Assembly (NCBI GenBank): GCA_021785355.1
Contig: JAJYFR010000005.1
Span: 1 to 62,792, forward strand
Reading direction: 5' to 3'
Origin: a bacterium
GTDB lineage: Bacteria > Patescibacteriota > Dojkabacteria > JAKAPS01 > JAJZLI01
Length of the DNA: 62,792 bases
Every line of letters begins with the position of its first letter. Within the stretch, counting starts at the first letter, position 1. Below the pieces are notes generated by a model. It was not told where the DNA came from and ran no database searches. It saw only the letters and a list, made by a program, of their open reading frames with translations. This document shows, piece after piece, positions 37,416 to 46,673 of this stretch. The position numbers were made by a program, and so were the translations under genes.

Positions 37416-38733
37416 AGATAAAATATATAGAGTAGGAGAGATTAATAGACTAACATCTAGAATACTTAGAGATAATTTTTCAAATATAAATATACAAGGA
37501 GAAATAAGTAATCTAAATTATAAAAATTCGGCTTGGGCATTTTTTGATTTAAAAGATAATGAAAGCGTTATAGCATGTGTAAATTTTTCAGGAATTGTAT
37601 TTAAAAATAAAGATATGTTATCTGATGGTACAGAGATTATAGCAACAGGATATCTTAGTATATATGAAAAATCTGGAAGATATCAGCTAAATATATCAAA
37701 TATAGAACTTATAGGTGAAGGTGATATATATGCAAAAATAGAAGAGTTAAAAGAAAAATTAAGATTAGAAGGATTATTTGATAAAGAAAATAAAAAAATC
37801 TTAGATTTTATACCAAAAAGTGTTGGTATAATAAGTTCTTTTGAAAAAGGATCTATGGCTTATAAAGATTTTACAAAAAGACTTATACAAAGATTCCCAT
37901 TAATAGATATATATTTTTATAATTCAAAAGTTCAAGGAATAGAGGCTTCAAAAGAATTGATCGAAGGAATAGATTATTTTAATAAAAGAGAAGATATTGA
38001 TATCATTGTTATAACAAGAGGGGGAGGTTCAATAGAAGATTTAATGCCTTTTAATGATGAAAGTTTAGCAAGAAAAATATACAAATCCCCTAAAATAACA
38101 GTATCCGCAATAGGTCATGAAGGAAACACCTCAATATCAGATCTAGTAGCAGATATATATGCATTTACACCTACTCATGCAGCTGATTTAATCTCACCTC
38201 AGAAAGAAGATTTACTAGAAAATATTAATATAACATTCCTCAAAATTCAAAATGATTTATATAGAAATTTAGAAAATAAAGAAAATATGATTAAATCAGA
38301 ATATAGAAATATGCTACAAAAAATGGATTATACTGTTTTTTCTAGTAAATCTTTACTAAATAACTCTTTTATAACCATGAAAAATATTGCTATATATAAT
38401 ATAGATTCAAAAATACAATATTTAATAGAAAAATCCTTTAATATAAAAGAAAAAAATAATATAAAAGAAATAAAAACAAATCTAGAATATAAAATGGAAT
38501 CTATTTTAAAAATATTTAATGAAAATACAAAATCATTAAAAATAGATTTGAATAACAGATTAAAATCTATAAAATCTTTAAGCCCATTAAATTTAATGGA
38601 CAGAGGCTACTCTATAACTTTTAGTAATGGCAAAATTTTAAAAGAAGTACAAACTTTAAAGATAAATGATATAATAAAAACAAGAATAAAAGACGGAGAA
38701 ATAGAGAGTAAAGTAATAAAAAAATATGAATAA
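37408..38733 (+). CDS. xseA: Exodeoxyribonuclease VII large subunit
   Basis: An N-terminal OB fold (VGEINRL...IQGEISN) and then ITRGGGSIEDLMPFNDE. It overlaps elp3 by 8 nt. Confidence 0.85.
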   Translation: MDKDKIYRVGEINRLTSRILRDNFSNINIQGEISNLNYKNSAWAFFDLKDNESVIACVNFSGIVFKNKDMLSDGTEIIATGYLSIYEKSGRYQLNISNIELIGEGDIYAKIEELKEKLRLEGLFDKENKKILDFIPKSVGIISSFEKGSMAYKDFTKRLIQRFPLIDIYFYNSKVQGIEASKELIEGIDYFNKREDIDIIVITRGGGSIEDLMPFNDESLARKIYKSPKITVSAIGHEGNTSISDLVADIYAFTPTHAADLISPQKEDLLENINITFLKIQNDLYRNLENKENMIKSEYRNMLQKMDYTVFSSKSLLNNSFITMKNIAIYNIDSKIQYLIEKSFNIKEKNNIKEIKTNLEYKMESILKIFNENTKSLKIDLNNRLKSIKSLSPLNLMDRGYSITFSNGKILKEVQTLKINDIIKTRIKDGEIESKVIKKYE

Positions 38734-38941
38734 AACAAAAGAAATAAGCTTTAATGAAGCATATAAAAAATTTCAAGAAATATCTAGACAAATAGAAGAA
38801 GATGAAGATATATCTATTGAAGATCAATTAAAAAAAATTGAAGAAGCTGGCAAATTATATAAAATATGTATAAAATATTTAAATCAAACAAAAAGTAAAA
38901 TAGAATCCATTAATAAAGATATAAATGAAATAGATATATGA
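38726..38941 (+). CDS. xseB: Exodeoxyribonuclease VII small subunit
   Basis: 71 aa. SFNEAYKKFQEISRQIEEDE is a typical XseB helix. It overlaps xseA. Confidence 0.75.
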   Translation: MNKTKEISFNEAYKKFQEISRQIEEDEDISIEDQLKKIEEAGKLYKICIKYLNQTKSKIESINKDINEIDI

Positions 38942-40470
38942 AGAAATATTTAATAATAGAGTTTAGTATATTATTATCCTTGGTAGTTTTACTGTTATTA
39001 ATATCTATTATATTCCCGTATCTATATAATCAAAGTATTCTAAACCAATCATTTAATATTAATAATCCTAAAGTAGTTTTAAGTGCTAATCCACCTAGTG
39101 CATCAACAATAATATATGCATCTAATGGAGAAGTTATAGGAAAAATATATAATTCAGAAATGCAAGGATATAATTATGTGAAAAATAAATCTTTATATCA
39201 AAATAAATCTATTCTTTATCATTTAATAAACATACCTCCTTATGCTTCAAATCCTGATGTGCTATATCTTGCTATAAAGATGAAGAAGTATATTTTAGAT
39301 GTATTAGTAAATAATAAGACCATAAATAAAAGTGAGTATACTCAAGCTATAAATAATTTTGATAAACCTTATTTCGATGTTATTCATACTCCTTTTTTCA
39401 CAGAATATACAATGAATAAATTAATGCAGAATTATCAAAAATATGTTTTAGCAGGAAATCTAAAGGTTTATACTACAGTATCTCCTCAATGGAACACAAT
39501 AGCTCAAAATATTGTCACTCAAGATATACAAAAATATATAATACCTGTCGGAGGATCTGAGGCCTCATTTGTTGCAGATAATCCAAAAAATGGAGCTATA
39601 ATAGCTATGATTGGAGGAGGTAATTATTCTCAAGAACAATTAAATATGGCAGATGTTCCTCTACAACAAGGATCCGCAATGAAACCTCTTATATATGTTA
39701 AAGCTTTTGAAATGGGATATTCACCTCTTACTCAAATTGATGATGCACCTGTATCCTATGGAAATTATTCACCTACAGATTATGAAGGATATACAGTAGG
39801 GTGGGTAAGTATTGATAGAGCTATTAATCAATCTATAAACATACCAGCTATTAAAATGTTTGCTAGAATTGGATATCAAAATGGACTCAATATGGTCCAA
39901 AAATTAGGATTAAACCTTAATACCAATATTTTTTATGGACTACCTTTGATACTAGGAGATGCAGGAGTTCCTATTGTTAGAATGGTAGGAGCATATAATG
40001 CACTAAATAATGGAGGATATTATGCACAATCAACTCCATTCCAAAAGATAGTATTTAATAACAATACAATCTTTAATTTAGATAAAATAACACCTAAAAG
40101 AGTAATTACTGCAAATGCTGCAGCTGAAATGGATCAGGTACTAGGAGATACAGCTTTAAAACAACCTTTATATGGAACTCATACATATTACTATTCTATA
40201 CAAGGAAGACCATATGGTTCAAAAGATGGTACAAGTAATGGACCTCGTGATATTACTGATTATGAATTTATACCTCAGATTACTGTAGGAGTATGGGCAG
40301 GAAATATTAATAATGCACTAATGAGTCAAAATGCGGTTGGTGCATTCCAAACGGGACCAATAGCTCATTCTTTTATAATGGATTATATACAACAAAATAA
40401 CCTTCCTGTGATAAATTATCCAACACCTACCTTACCAACACTTAATTCAACTACATCAACTATTCCTTAG
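38938..40470 (+). CDS. Penicillin-binding protein (transpeptidase domain; N-terminal glycosyltransferase motifs not recognisable)
   Basis: An N-terminal TM helix, then SAMKP (SxxK), SIN (SxN) and a KDG(T) variant of KTG. Confidence 0.7.
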   Translation: MKKYLIIEFSILLSLVVLLLLISIIFPYLYNQSILNQSFNINNPKVVLSANPPSASTIIYASNGEVIGKIYNSEMQGYNYVKNKSLYQNKSILYHLINIPPYASNPDVLYLAIKMKKYILDVLVNNKTINKSEYTQAINNFDKPYFDVIHTPFFTEYTMNKLMQNYQKYVLAGNLKVYTTVSPQWNTIAQNIVTQDIQKYIIPVGGSEASFVADNPKNGAIIAMIGGGNYSQEQLNMADVPLQQGSAMKPLIYVKAFEMGYSPLTQIDDAPVSYGNYSPTDYEGYTVGWVSIDRAINQSINIPAIKMFARIGYQNGLNMVQKLGLNLNTNIFYGLPLILGDAGVPIVRMVGAYNALNNGGYYAQSTPFQKIVFNNNTIFNLDKITPKRVITANAAAEMDQVLGDTALKQPLYGTHTYYYSIQGRPYGSKDGTSNGPRDITDYEFIPQITVGVWAGNINNALMSQNAVGAFQTGPIAHSFIMDYIQQNNLPVINYPTPTLPTLNSTTSTIP

Positions 40471-41961
40471 TTTATATACTTTTGCGCCATACTTACTTGA
40501 CACAAGAGTATAATACTTACGTACAAAAGTACTAAAAGCGTTATAAGTATATCCATCTTCATAAAATAAAATTATTTTAGGTTTATTTTTATACAGACTT
40601 TTAGTTAATTTAATTCTTTGTCTTTTCCCAGGTCCATACATAAAATCTGTTGTATAATAATTTATTGTATAAGAATCAGACATATAATAAACCCAAGGGA
40701 AATTTGCTGCTATAAAAATCTCTTTATTCCTAGCACCTAAAGAATCTAGCAAAGAGGCCATTCTATAATTTATATTTGCACTAGACTCACTCTTTTGATA
40801 TATAACATTTGTATTATATATAAAAGTTGAATAATAATTTTTCTTATTAATATAACCCAAAGAATATAGATAGAAATTAGTATAATAAGGAATAGTATTT
40901 TGAAAATTCTGAGATATCTGCCAAGAAAGCTCATTTCTAAAGAAATATGCCATATAAAGAGAAGTTAATAAAACAAAACTAAAGATTAATATTATTCCTT
41001 GAATAAATTTATTAGAAAATAAATAATATATTATATATCCAAAAAGAAATGTTATAGGAAGTGCTAATTGTATTAAATAATGTATATAAGGTCTTCCTGT
41101 TATTATAACTATCAAAGCATCTGAAAATACCCACAATAATAAAAATAACCAAACTGTATCTATAATTTTCTTTTTATATAATATATATATAAGAATAACC
41201 AATATTATAAAAACTAATAAATCTAATTCTACAAAACTAAACATATAAAACTTATTATACGTATTTACATAAGTAAAATTATTAAGAAAAATCTGATATA
41301 CAGTATTATAAAAATTGCCATATAAAAATTCTGCAAATAAAAATATAAATATAGGAGTTATAATACCAAGTGTATAGGTAAATATTTTTTTTATTGAGAG
41401 TAGAAAACTGTCTGTTAAGAAAATATATAAAACTAAAAAAAATCCATCAAATAAAACAGATACTTTAAAAAGTACCCCCAAGCCTAATATTAAACCTGCT
41501 ATATATATATATTTATAATTTTTTTCTCTTTTTATATATACATATACAGATAAAGCTGCAAAAAATATAAAGAAAGTTTCAGCATTAGCACCATTAGTAT
41601 GAAGCAGATCACTTCCTATTAGAATTGTAAAAATAAATGTATTTATTAAAGCAATTTTGTTATTAAATTTTATTAAAGATATTTTATATATTAAATATTC
41701 TGTTAATAAAGCAAATATTAAAGAGACAAACTGGGTTGAATACATCAAAGAAAATGGCAATCTCTCTAAGAAAGCATATACATAATATATAAATAAAGGT
41801 TTATTATCTATAATATTTTTATATAAAATACCTCCTCTATTCAATGATTGTCCTATTGCAGAATATATACCTGTATCCGTATACCAATAAGGTTGAAAAA
41901 AATCAGGGATTCTTAATATTATAGTAAGTAAGAAAGGTATAAATTTAATATATTTTTTCAT
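40456..41961 (-). CDS. Polytopic membrane glycosyltransferase-like protein (ArnT/PMT, GT39-like)
   Basis: 501 aa with more than 10 TM helices and an N-terminal loop PDFFQPYWYTDTGIY. The family assignment is tentative. Confidence 0.45.
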   Translation of the reverse strand: MKKYIKFIPFLLTIILRIPDFFQPYWYTDTGIYSAIGQSLNRGGILYKNIIDNKPLFIYYVYAFLERLPFSLMYSTQFVSLIFALLTEYLIYKISLIKFNNKIALINTFIFTILIGSDLLHTNGANAETFFIFFAALSVYVYIKREKNYKYIYIAGLILGLGVLFKVSVLFDGFFLVLYIFLTDSFLLSIKKIFTYTLGIITPIFIFLFAEFLYGNFYNTVYQIFLNNFTYVNTYNKFYMFSFVELDLLVFIILVILIYILYKKKIIDTVWLFLLLWVFSDALIVIITGRPYIHYLIQLALPITFLFGYIIYYLFSNKFIQGIILIFSFVLLTSLYMAYFFRNELSWQISQNFQNTIPYYTNFYLYSLGYINKKNYYSTFIYNTNVIYQKSESSANINYRMASLLDSLGARNKEIFIAANFPWVYYMSDSYTINYYTTDFMYGPGKRQRIKLTKSLYKNKPKIILFYEDGYTYNAFSTFVRKYYTLVSSKYGAKVYKLRNS

Positions 41962-41994
41962 TAAAAATGATTATATCTTAAAATACAGGGTAAA

Positions 41995-42036
41995 GTAAAA
42001 AAATTAGAAAAAGAAAGGAGCTCCTATAAAGCTCCT
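41995..42036 (-). terminator. Orphan intrinsic-terminator-like hairpin (minus strand)
   Basis: A 7-bp stem AGGAGCT/AGCTCCT with a 7-nt loop is followed on the minus strand by TTCTTTTTCTAATTTTTTT. No annotated minus-strand gene lies upstream of it. Confidence 0.4.
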
Positions 42037-42199
42037 CTCAAAATTATAACTATACAAAGAATTCTTAAAATCATTTTTCATATTCATACTAAAAAAAGCA
42101 CTAAAATATTTTAAGAGACTTATCTAGAATTACTCTTATTTATATAATAACGATTAAAGATTAATCTCTCATTAAAATTTATGATATACTATTTATCAT

Positions 42200-43123
42200 A
42201 TGGATAATATATATAATAATATAATACTAGGATCAGGACCTGCAGGTATAACTGCTGCTATTTATGCAGCTAGGTCTAATCTTAAACCTTTATTACTTTC
42301 AGGTGATACGGAAGGTGGACAACTTATTGTTACCTCTTTAGTAGAAAATTTTCCTGGATTTGAAAATGGAATATTAGGTCCAGATCTAATGAATAACATG
42401 ATAAAACAGGCAGAGAATGTTGGAGTAGAGTATATACGTGAAAGTGCAATAATGGTAGATCTAAAAAATTATCCATTAAAAATTGTAACTGGAAAGAATA
42501 CATATCTGACAAAAAGCCTTATTATTTCAACAGGAGCTACTGCAAAATGGTTAGATATACCAGGAGAAAAAGAATTAATGGGAAAAGGAGTTTCAGGTTG
42601 TGCAACATGTGATGGAATGTTTTTTAAAGAAAAAGAAATTGTAGTAGTAGGAGGAGGGGATAGTGCGATGGAAGAAGCTTTATTTTTAACTAAATTTGCA
42701 TCAAAAGTAACAATTATTCATAGGAAAGATTCTTTTAGAGCATCCTCTATAATGCAGAAAAAAGTTTTTGATAATCCTAAAATAGAAATTCTATTCGAAA
42801 GTGAAGTTGTTAAAATTAATGGAGATATGAAAGTTGTAAGTATAAATATAAAGAATAAAGATAGAGAATATGAATTTCCTACAGAAGGAGTATTTATAGC
42901 TATTGGACATAATCCAAATACTTCTATTTTTAAAGATCAAATAGATTTGGATGGTAATGGATATATAAAAGTTAAAGATAATACCAAAACTAATATAGAA
43001 GGAGTGTTCGCCGCAGGAGATGTTGCAGATCCTATATACAGACAAGCTATATCATCTGCAGGAATAGGATGTATTGCTGCAATAGATGCTCTACATTATT
43101 TGGAAAATTCTAAGAAATTATAA
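42200..43123 (+). CDS. trxB: Thioredoxin-disulfide reductase
   Basis: GSGPAG FAD motif, redox centre CATCDG and GGGDSAMEEA NADPH motif. Confidence 0.92.
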   Translation: MDNIYNNIILGSGPAGITAAIYAARSNLKPLLLSGDTEGGQLIVTSLVENFPGFENGILGPDLMNNMIKQAENVGVEYIRESAIMVDLKNYPLKIVTGKNTYLTKSLIISTGATAKWLDIPGEKELMGKGVSGCATCDGMFFKEKEIVVVGGGDSAMEEALFLTKFASKVTIIHRKDSFRASSIMQKKVFDNPKIEILFESEVVKINGDMKVVSINIKNKDREYEFPTEGVFIAIGHNPNTSIFKDQIDLDGNGYIKVKDNTKTNIEGVFAAGDVADPIYRQAISSAGIGCIAAIDALHYLENSKKL

Positions 43124-43486
43124 GACATATAGGATACCTTTTGATTTAGATATTATCTTTATGTATACATACTCATTCTTTTTTAATACATTTCTACTTA
43201 AAACTTTTCCCTGAGCAGATAATATTTTAAAATGATCTATAAAGAAAATATTCTTATATTTATTAAGATCAATTATAGATATTGTTTTTTTTGATATACT
43301 ATATATCTTACCTACATAATGATCATTATTCATTGATATTTGTTGATTTACAGCAAAATGTCTTTTATATCCAAAAAATCTCAGATGAGAGCCAACAATT
43401 GCACCAAAAGCAAATATGCCAAATAATACTATTGCTATTACTATTCCTAGTATAAATGAAATTAAAATAAGTTTACTTTTCTCCAT
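43118..43486 (-). CDS. Single-pass membrane protein with beta-rich C-terminal domain (last gene of the ECF sigma operon)
   Basis: 122 aa. It has the same architecture as 9243-9611 and 44340-44798, with weaker similarity (GKIYSISKKTISII). Confidence 0.6.
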   Translation of the reverse strand: MEKSKLILISFILGIVIAIVLFGIFAFGAIVGSHLRFFGYKRHFAVNQQISMNNDHYVGKIYSISKKTISIIDLNKYKNIFFIDHFKILSAQGKVLSRNVLKKNEYVYIKIISKSKGILYVL

Positions 43487-43734
43487 AAAATTTTAAATCT
43501 TGATATTGAATATATAATTACTGCCATTGATAATGCTGCTAAAAACACATAATAAATATTAGGAATCTGATAAACAGAAAGAATTATTACAAAAATAAAA
43601 GTTGAGATTAATAACCCATATAAAAATGGATATAGATATAAATATCTCTTCTCAATCTTCTTAATTTTATTAAAGACATTTTCATTAAAATTTTCACTCA
43701 ACATTTCATTTTTATACATAATCTTTAATTTCAT
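43462..43734 (-). CDS. Putative anti-sigma factor (small two-TM protein)
   Basis: Assigned by position immediately after and overlapping the ECF sigma gene. No HxxxCxxC motif is present, so the call rests on context only. The start is uncertain (43734, 43719 or 43704). Confidence 0.4.
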   Translation of the reverse strand: MKLKIMYKNEMLSENFNENVFNKIKKIEKRYLYLYPFLYGLLISTFIFVIILSVYQIPNIYYVFLAALSMAVIIYSISRFKILWRKVNLF

Positions 43735-44233
43735 TTTTTAATAAATCTTTAGCCCTTCTAATCCTTGTTTTTACAGTATTTATAGAAATATCTAATAAAT
43801 TTGATATCTCTCCATATTTAAAACCTTCTATATAATACATAGTTAATACTTTCTTATATTTATCTCCTATATTCTTTAATCCTAAATATAATAATTCCTT
43901 ATTTTCTACTTGACTCTCAGTATTGTTAACCTCTTCAAGCTCATATGTTAAATTATACATTTTTCTTTCTTTTAATTTATTAATTGTAGTTCTTCTTGCT
44001 ATAGTAAATATCCATGTAGAAAAAGAACCTTTGTCTGGATTAAAAGAAGACAATTTAAAATATACTTTAACAAAGATATCTTGAGTTATGTCTTCTGAAT
44101 CCTCTGCAGAAGAAAGATATTTTAAAACAAAATTATATATTCTGTTCTTATATCTATTCATTAGTATTTCAAAGAACTGAATATCCCCAGTTGAATTTAA
44201 TTTTTTTATAATATCTTCATCACTACAATCCAT
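43712..44233 (-). CDS. ECF (group IV) RNA polymerase sigma factor
   Basis: 173 aa. Region 2 reads DITQDIFVKVY...WIFTIARR. Region 4 HTH reads YGEISNLLDISINTVKTRIRRAKDLL. Confidence 0.85.
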   Translation of the reverse strand: MDCSDEDIIKKLNSTGDIQFFEILMNRYKNRIYNFVLKYLSSAEDSEDITQDIFVKVYFKLSSFNPDKGSFSTWIFTIARRTTINKLKERKMYNLTYELEEVNNTESQVENKELLYLGLKNIGDKYKKVLTMYYIEGFKYGEISNLLDISINTVKTRIRRAKDLLKNEIKDYV

Positions 44234-44247
44234 ACTCTTATTATAAT

Positions 44248-44275
44248 ATACAATTAATAAATATAATATGTTTCA
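44248..44275 (-). promoter_or_regulatory. ECF-type promoter candidate, TGAAAC-N17-TGTAT (autoregulatory, sigma operon)
   Basis: The minus strand reads TGAAAC ATATTATATTTATTAAT TGTAT. It ends 14 nt upstream of the sigma ATG at 44233. Confidence 0.6.
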
Positions 44276-44278
44276 TAA

Positions 44279-44306
44279 TGAAACATTTTTATTACTTATA
44301 ATGTAT
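44279..44306 (+). promoter_or_regulatory. ECF-type promoter candidate, TGAAAC-N17-TGTAT (divergent partner)
   Basis: The plus strand reads TGAAAC ATTTTTATTACTTATAA TGTAT. It ends 33 nt upstream of the ATG at 44340. Its -35 is the other half of the palindrome ATGTTTCAT-A-ATGAAACAT. Confidence 0.6.
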
Positions 44307-44339
44307 ACTAATATAGTTAAATTTAAATTAAAAAATATT

Positions 44340-44798
44340 ATGGATAAAAATAATCAAACAGAACATAGTGAAAAATTTCATCATTCTTTGCATAAAAGAA
44401 AATTGATTTTTCTTTTAGTAGGTATAGTATTATTAATCTTATTTTTCTTTTTTGGAATATTTGTAGGAAGAGTAAGCGGATATTTAAGAAATTCTAATTT
44501 TGAAAGAAACAACATGAGGGGATACTCTTCTAGAAACGGAATGATGAGAAATTTCAGAAATTCTTCAAATTCTAGAAGAATACAACTTTCAGATGTACAA
44601 GGAGTTATACAGAATATAAGTAATAATAGTATAACAATAAATAATAGAAGTTATTCTATATCAACAAAAACTTCTATATATAATAATGGTATAAGAGAAA
44701 GCTTAAGTAATCTTTCAAATTTAAATACAGTAAATTTAATCTATTCTGTGGATAAATCTGGATTAGATATAGCACGTTTTGTAATTGTTATAAAATAA
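44340..44798 (+). CDS. Single-pass membrane protein with beta-rich C-terminal domain; paralog of 9243-9611
   Basis: I prefer the ATG at 44340, because the ORF-track start at 44268 would include the promoter palindrome. It has a TM helix, an R/N/S-rich linker and then NISNNSITINN...IARFVIVIK. Confidence 0.65.
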   Translation: MDKNNQTEHSEKFHHSLHKRKLIFLLVGIVLLILFFFFGIFVGRVSGYLRNSNFERNNMRGYSSRNGMMRNFRNSSNSRRIQLSDVQGVIQNISNNSITINNRSYSISTKTSIYNNGIRESLSNLSNLNTVNLIYSVDKSGLDIARFVIVIK

Positions 44799-44800
44799 CC

Positions 44801-45244
44801 TTAAGATTTGGATGATGTTATAAAAAAGGATGCCTCATAAATTGGGGCATCTTTATTAAATTGTCTTAAAAATTCTGTTCCTAATATTTTGCCATCTGGA
44901 GTAATTGATTTTAGTAAAGACTCATAATAGAATATTCCATTTACAGGTGCTTTTGAAAAATTCAACCCATATTTTAAATTTTGTAATCTTTGACCTCTTC
45001 TATTTTGAGTATTCAAATCTTCAAAAATATTTAAAATTGTGAGTATATTATTAACACCTATTTGGCTATTCTCTTCTACAAAACCTTCTAAAGATACTTT
45101 GTATAAACCTATGTCCTCTTCTAATATAATTTTAGAACCATCTATTCTATATAAAGCAGATTCGTCTCTTTTAATACTATCTTCTCTAAATAAAGAAAAA
45201 TTATAAGGAAGATTATTTGATCTATTCTCTATACTATTTACCAT
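44801..45244 (-). CDS. Hypothetical protein
   Basis: 147 aa with no motif. It overlaps the 3' end of the upstream PQQ-like gene by 7 nt. Confidence 0.55.
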   Translation of the reverse strand: MVNSIENRSNNLPYNFSLFREDSIKRDESALYRIDGSKIILEEDIGLYKVSLEGFVEENSQIGVNNILTILNIFEDLNTQNRRGQRLQNLKYGLNFSKAPVNGIFYYESLLKSITPDGKILGTEFLRQFNKDAPIYEASFFITSSKS

Positions 45245-46617
45245 CTAACTCCAAAAACATGATAAAACAAAGACCATACACTATATTTTATAAATTCATA
45301 ATTATACTGATATAAATATGTATCTGGAAATGCATACAAGTACCCATTATCTGACCCCATGTAGATCTCGTTATTTACTAGTGCAGGATTAGCTGCAGTA
45401 AATTGAGCAATCTTACCAACTCCAAATCTATGAACACCTAAAACATCACCATTAGAAGCTTTTACTGCATAAAAATTATCAAATCCATCTCCAAAATATA
45501 AAATACCATTTGAATAAACTGAAGCTCCTTTTTGTACTCCATAAATCTTTATAACCCAATTTAGATCACCTGTATTTATATTGAATGAATAGAATTTGCC
45601 TTTACCTACAGGGTTTCCTACATATATATTATTCCCTATAATTATAGGAGAGGATGTTTCCATTGCAAAAGGATTTGGACCAAAACCTAATATATGTGTC
45701 CAAACTACATCTCCTGTTTTCTTGGATAAAACATATAATATTTCATAGAATTTATTTGGAGTAGGTGATAGACCTAATCCTGAGATTACAAGATATTGAG
45801 AATTAGATGAAGGAGAACAATCAGTTACACCTCCAAATGAATCAGGCATAGGTTTCTGCCATAAAATTTTCTTAGTCTTTATATTTACAGCAGCTACATA
45901 TTGAGTCTGTAACGGTTTTCCTTCTCCAAAATATGCAACATTACCAGATAGATCCATAGAAGACATGGATACATAACCTTTTAATTTTAATCTCCAATTT
46001 ACATTTCCCGTCATTGCATTTATTGAATAGAAATGTGCACCTCCATTTGCAACATATATATTACCCTTTTTGTATGCAAAAGAAGGCATATTTTCTCCAT
46101 TTGTACTTTTCATCCAAATAACCTTACCAGAAGATGAAGAAAGTGCATAAATAGCATTATTACCTGCACCTCTAACAGTTTTTCCGCCTACCTTTTTATA
46201 TGCATTATTTCCTGTTCCTATATAAACCATACCTTTTACCACTAAAGGTTCTGTCATTACCATATTATCTACTGTGATTTTCCATATCAATTTACCTGTA
46301 GTAGCTGAAAGTGCATAAACTTGATCCTTATTTGTTCCAAAATATATAACACCATTAACAACACTAGGAGTTGATATAACAGGTCCATGAGCATTAAATT
46401 GAAAATATTTATTAATTACACCATTTGCATATGAGTAATTCTTAGAACTATTCATACTCTGTTGTCTTAATGATGAATTAAAAGAAACAATTGTAGATAA
46501 TGAAGGATAATATCTTTCAGATACAGTTTTTAATAATATGAGAAATAATAGAACTAGTATAAATGCTGATATATAGATGAAATATCTAAATTGTTCAGAT
46601 TTTTTCTTTTTTGCCAT
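45238..46617 (-). CDS. PQQ-like beta-propeller repeat protein, membrane-anchored
   Basis: An N-terminal TM helix is followed by the repeats YALSATTGKLIWK, SSSSGKVIWM, NAMTGNVNWR and NINTGDLNWV. Confidence 0.75.
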   Translation of the reverse strand: MAKKKKSEQFRYFIYISAFILVLLFLILLKTVSERYYPSLSTIVSFNSSLRQQSMNSSKNYSYANGVINKYFQFNAHGPVISTPSVVNGVIYFGTNKDQVYALSATTGKLIWKITVDNMVMTEPLVVKGMVYIGTGNNAYKKVGGKTVRGAGNNAIYALSSSSGKVIWMKSTNGENMPSFAYKKGNIYVANGGAHFYSINAMTGNVNWRLKLKGYVSMSSMDLSGNVAYFGEGKPLQTQYVAAVNIKTKKILWQKPMPDSFGGVTDCSPSSNSQYLVISGLGLSPTPNKFYEILYVLSKKTGDVVWTHILGFGPNPFAMETSSPIIIGNNIYVGNPVGKGKFYSFNINTGDLNWVIKIYGVQKGASVYSNGILYFGDGFDNFYAVKASNGDVLGVHRFGVGKIAQFTAANPALVNNEIYMGSDNGYLYAFPDTYLYQYNYEFIKYSVWSLFYHVFGVRW

Positions 46618-46673
46618 ATTGCCTATAATAAACTATTATTAACATTATTTCAATATGGATATATAATAGATTG

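Noticed and set aside
42040-42125. 27-codon minus-strand ORF (MNMKNDFKNSLYSYNFERSFIGAPFFF*) upstream of the glycosyltransferase gene.
   Set aside because: It has no SD and its 3' part is simply the terminator-like hairpin. It is probably not translated.
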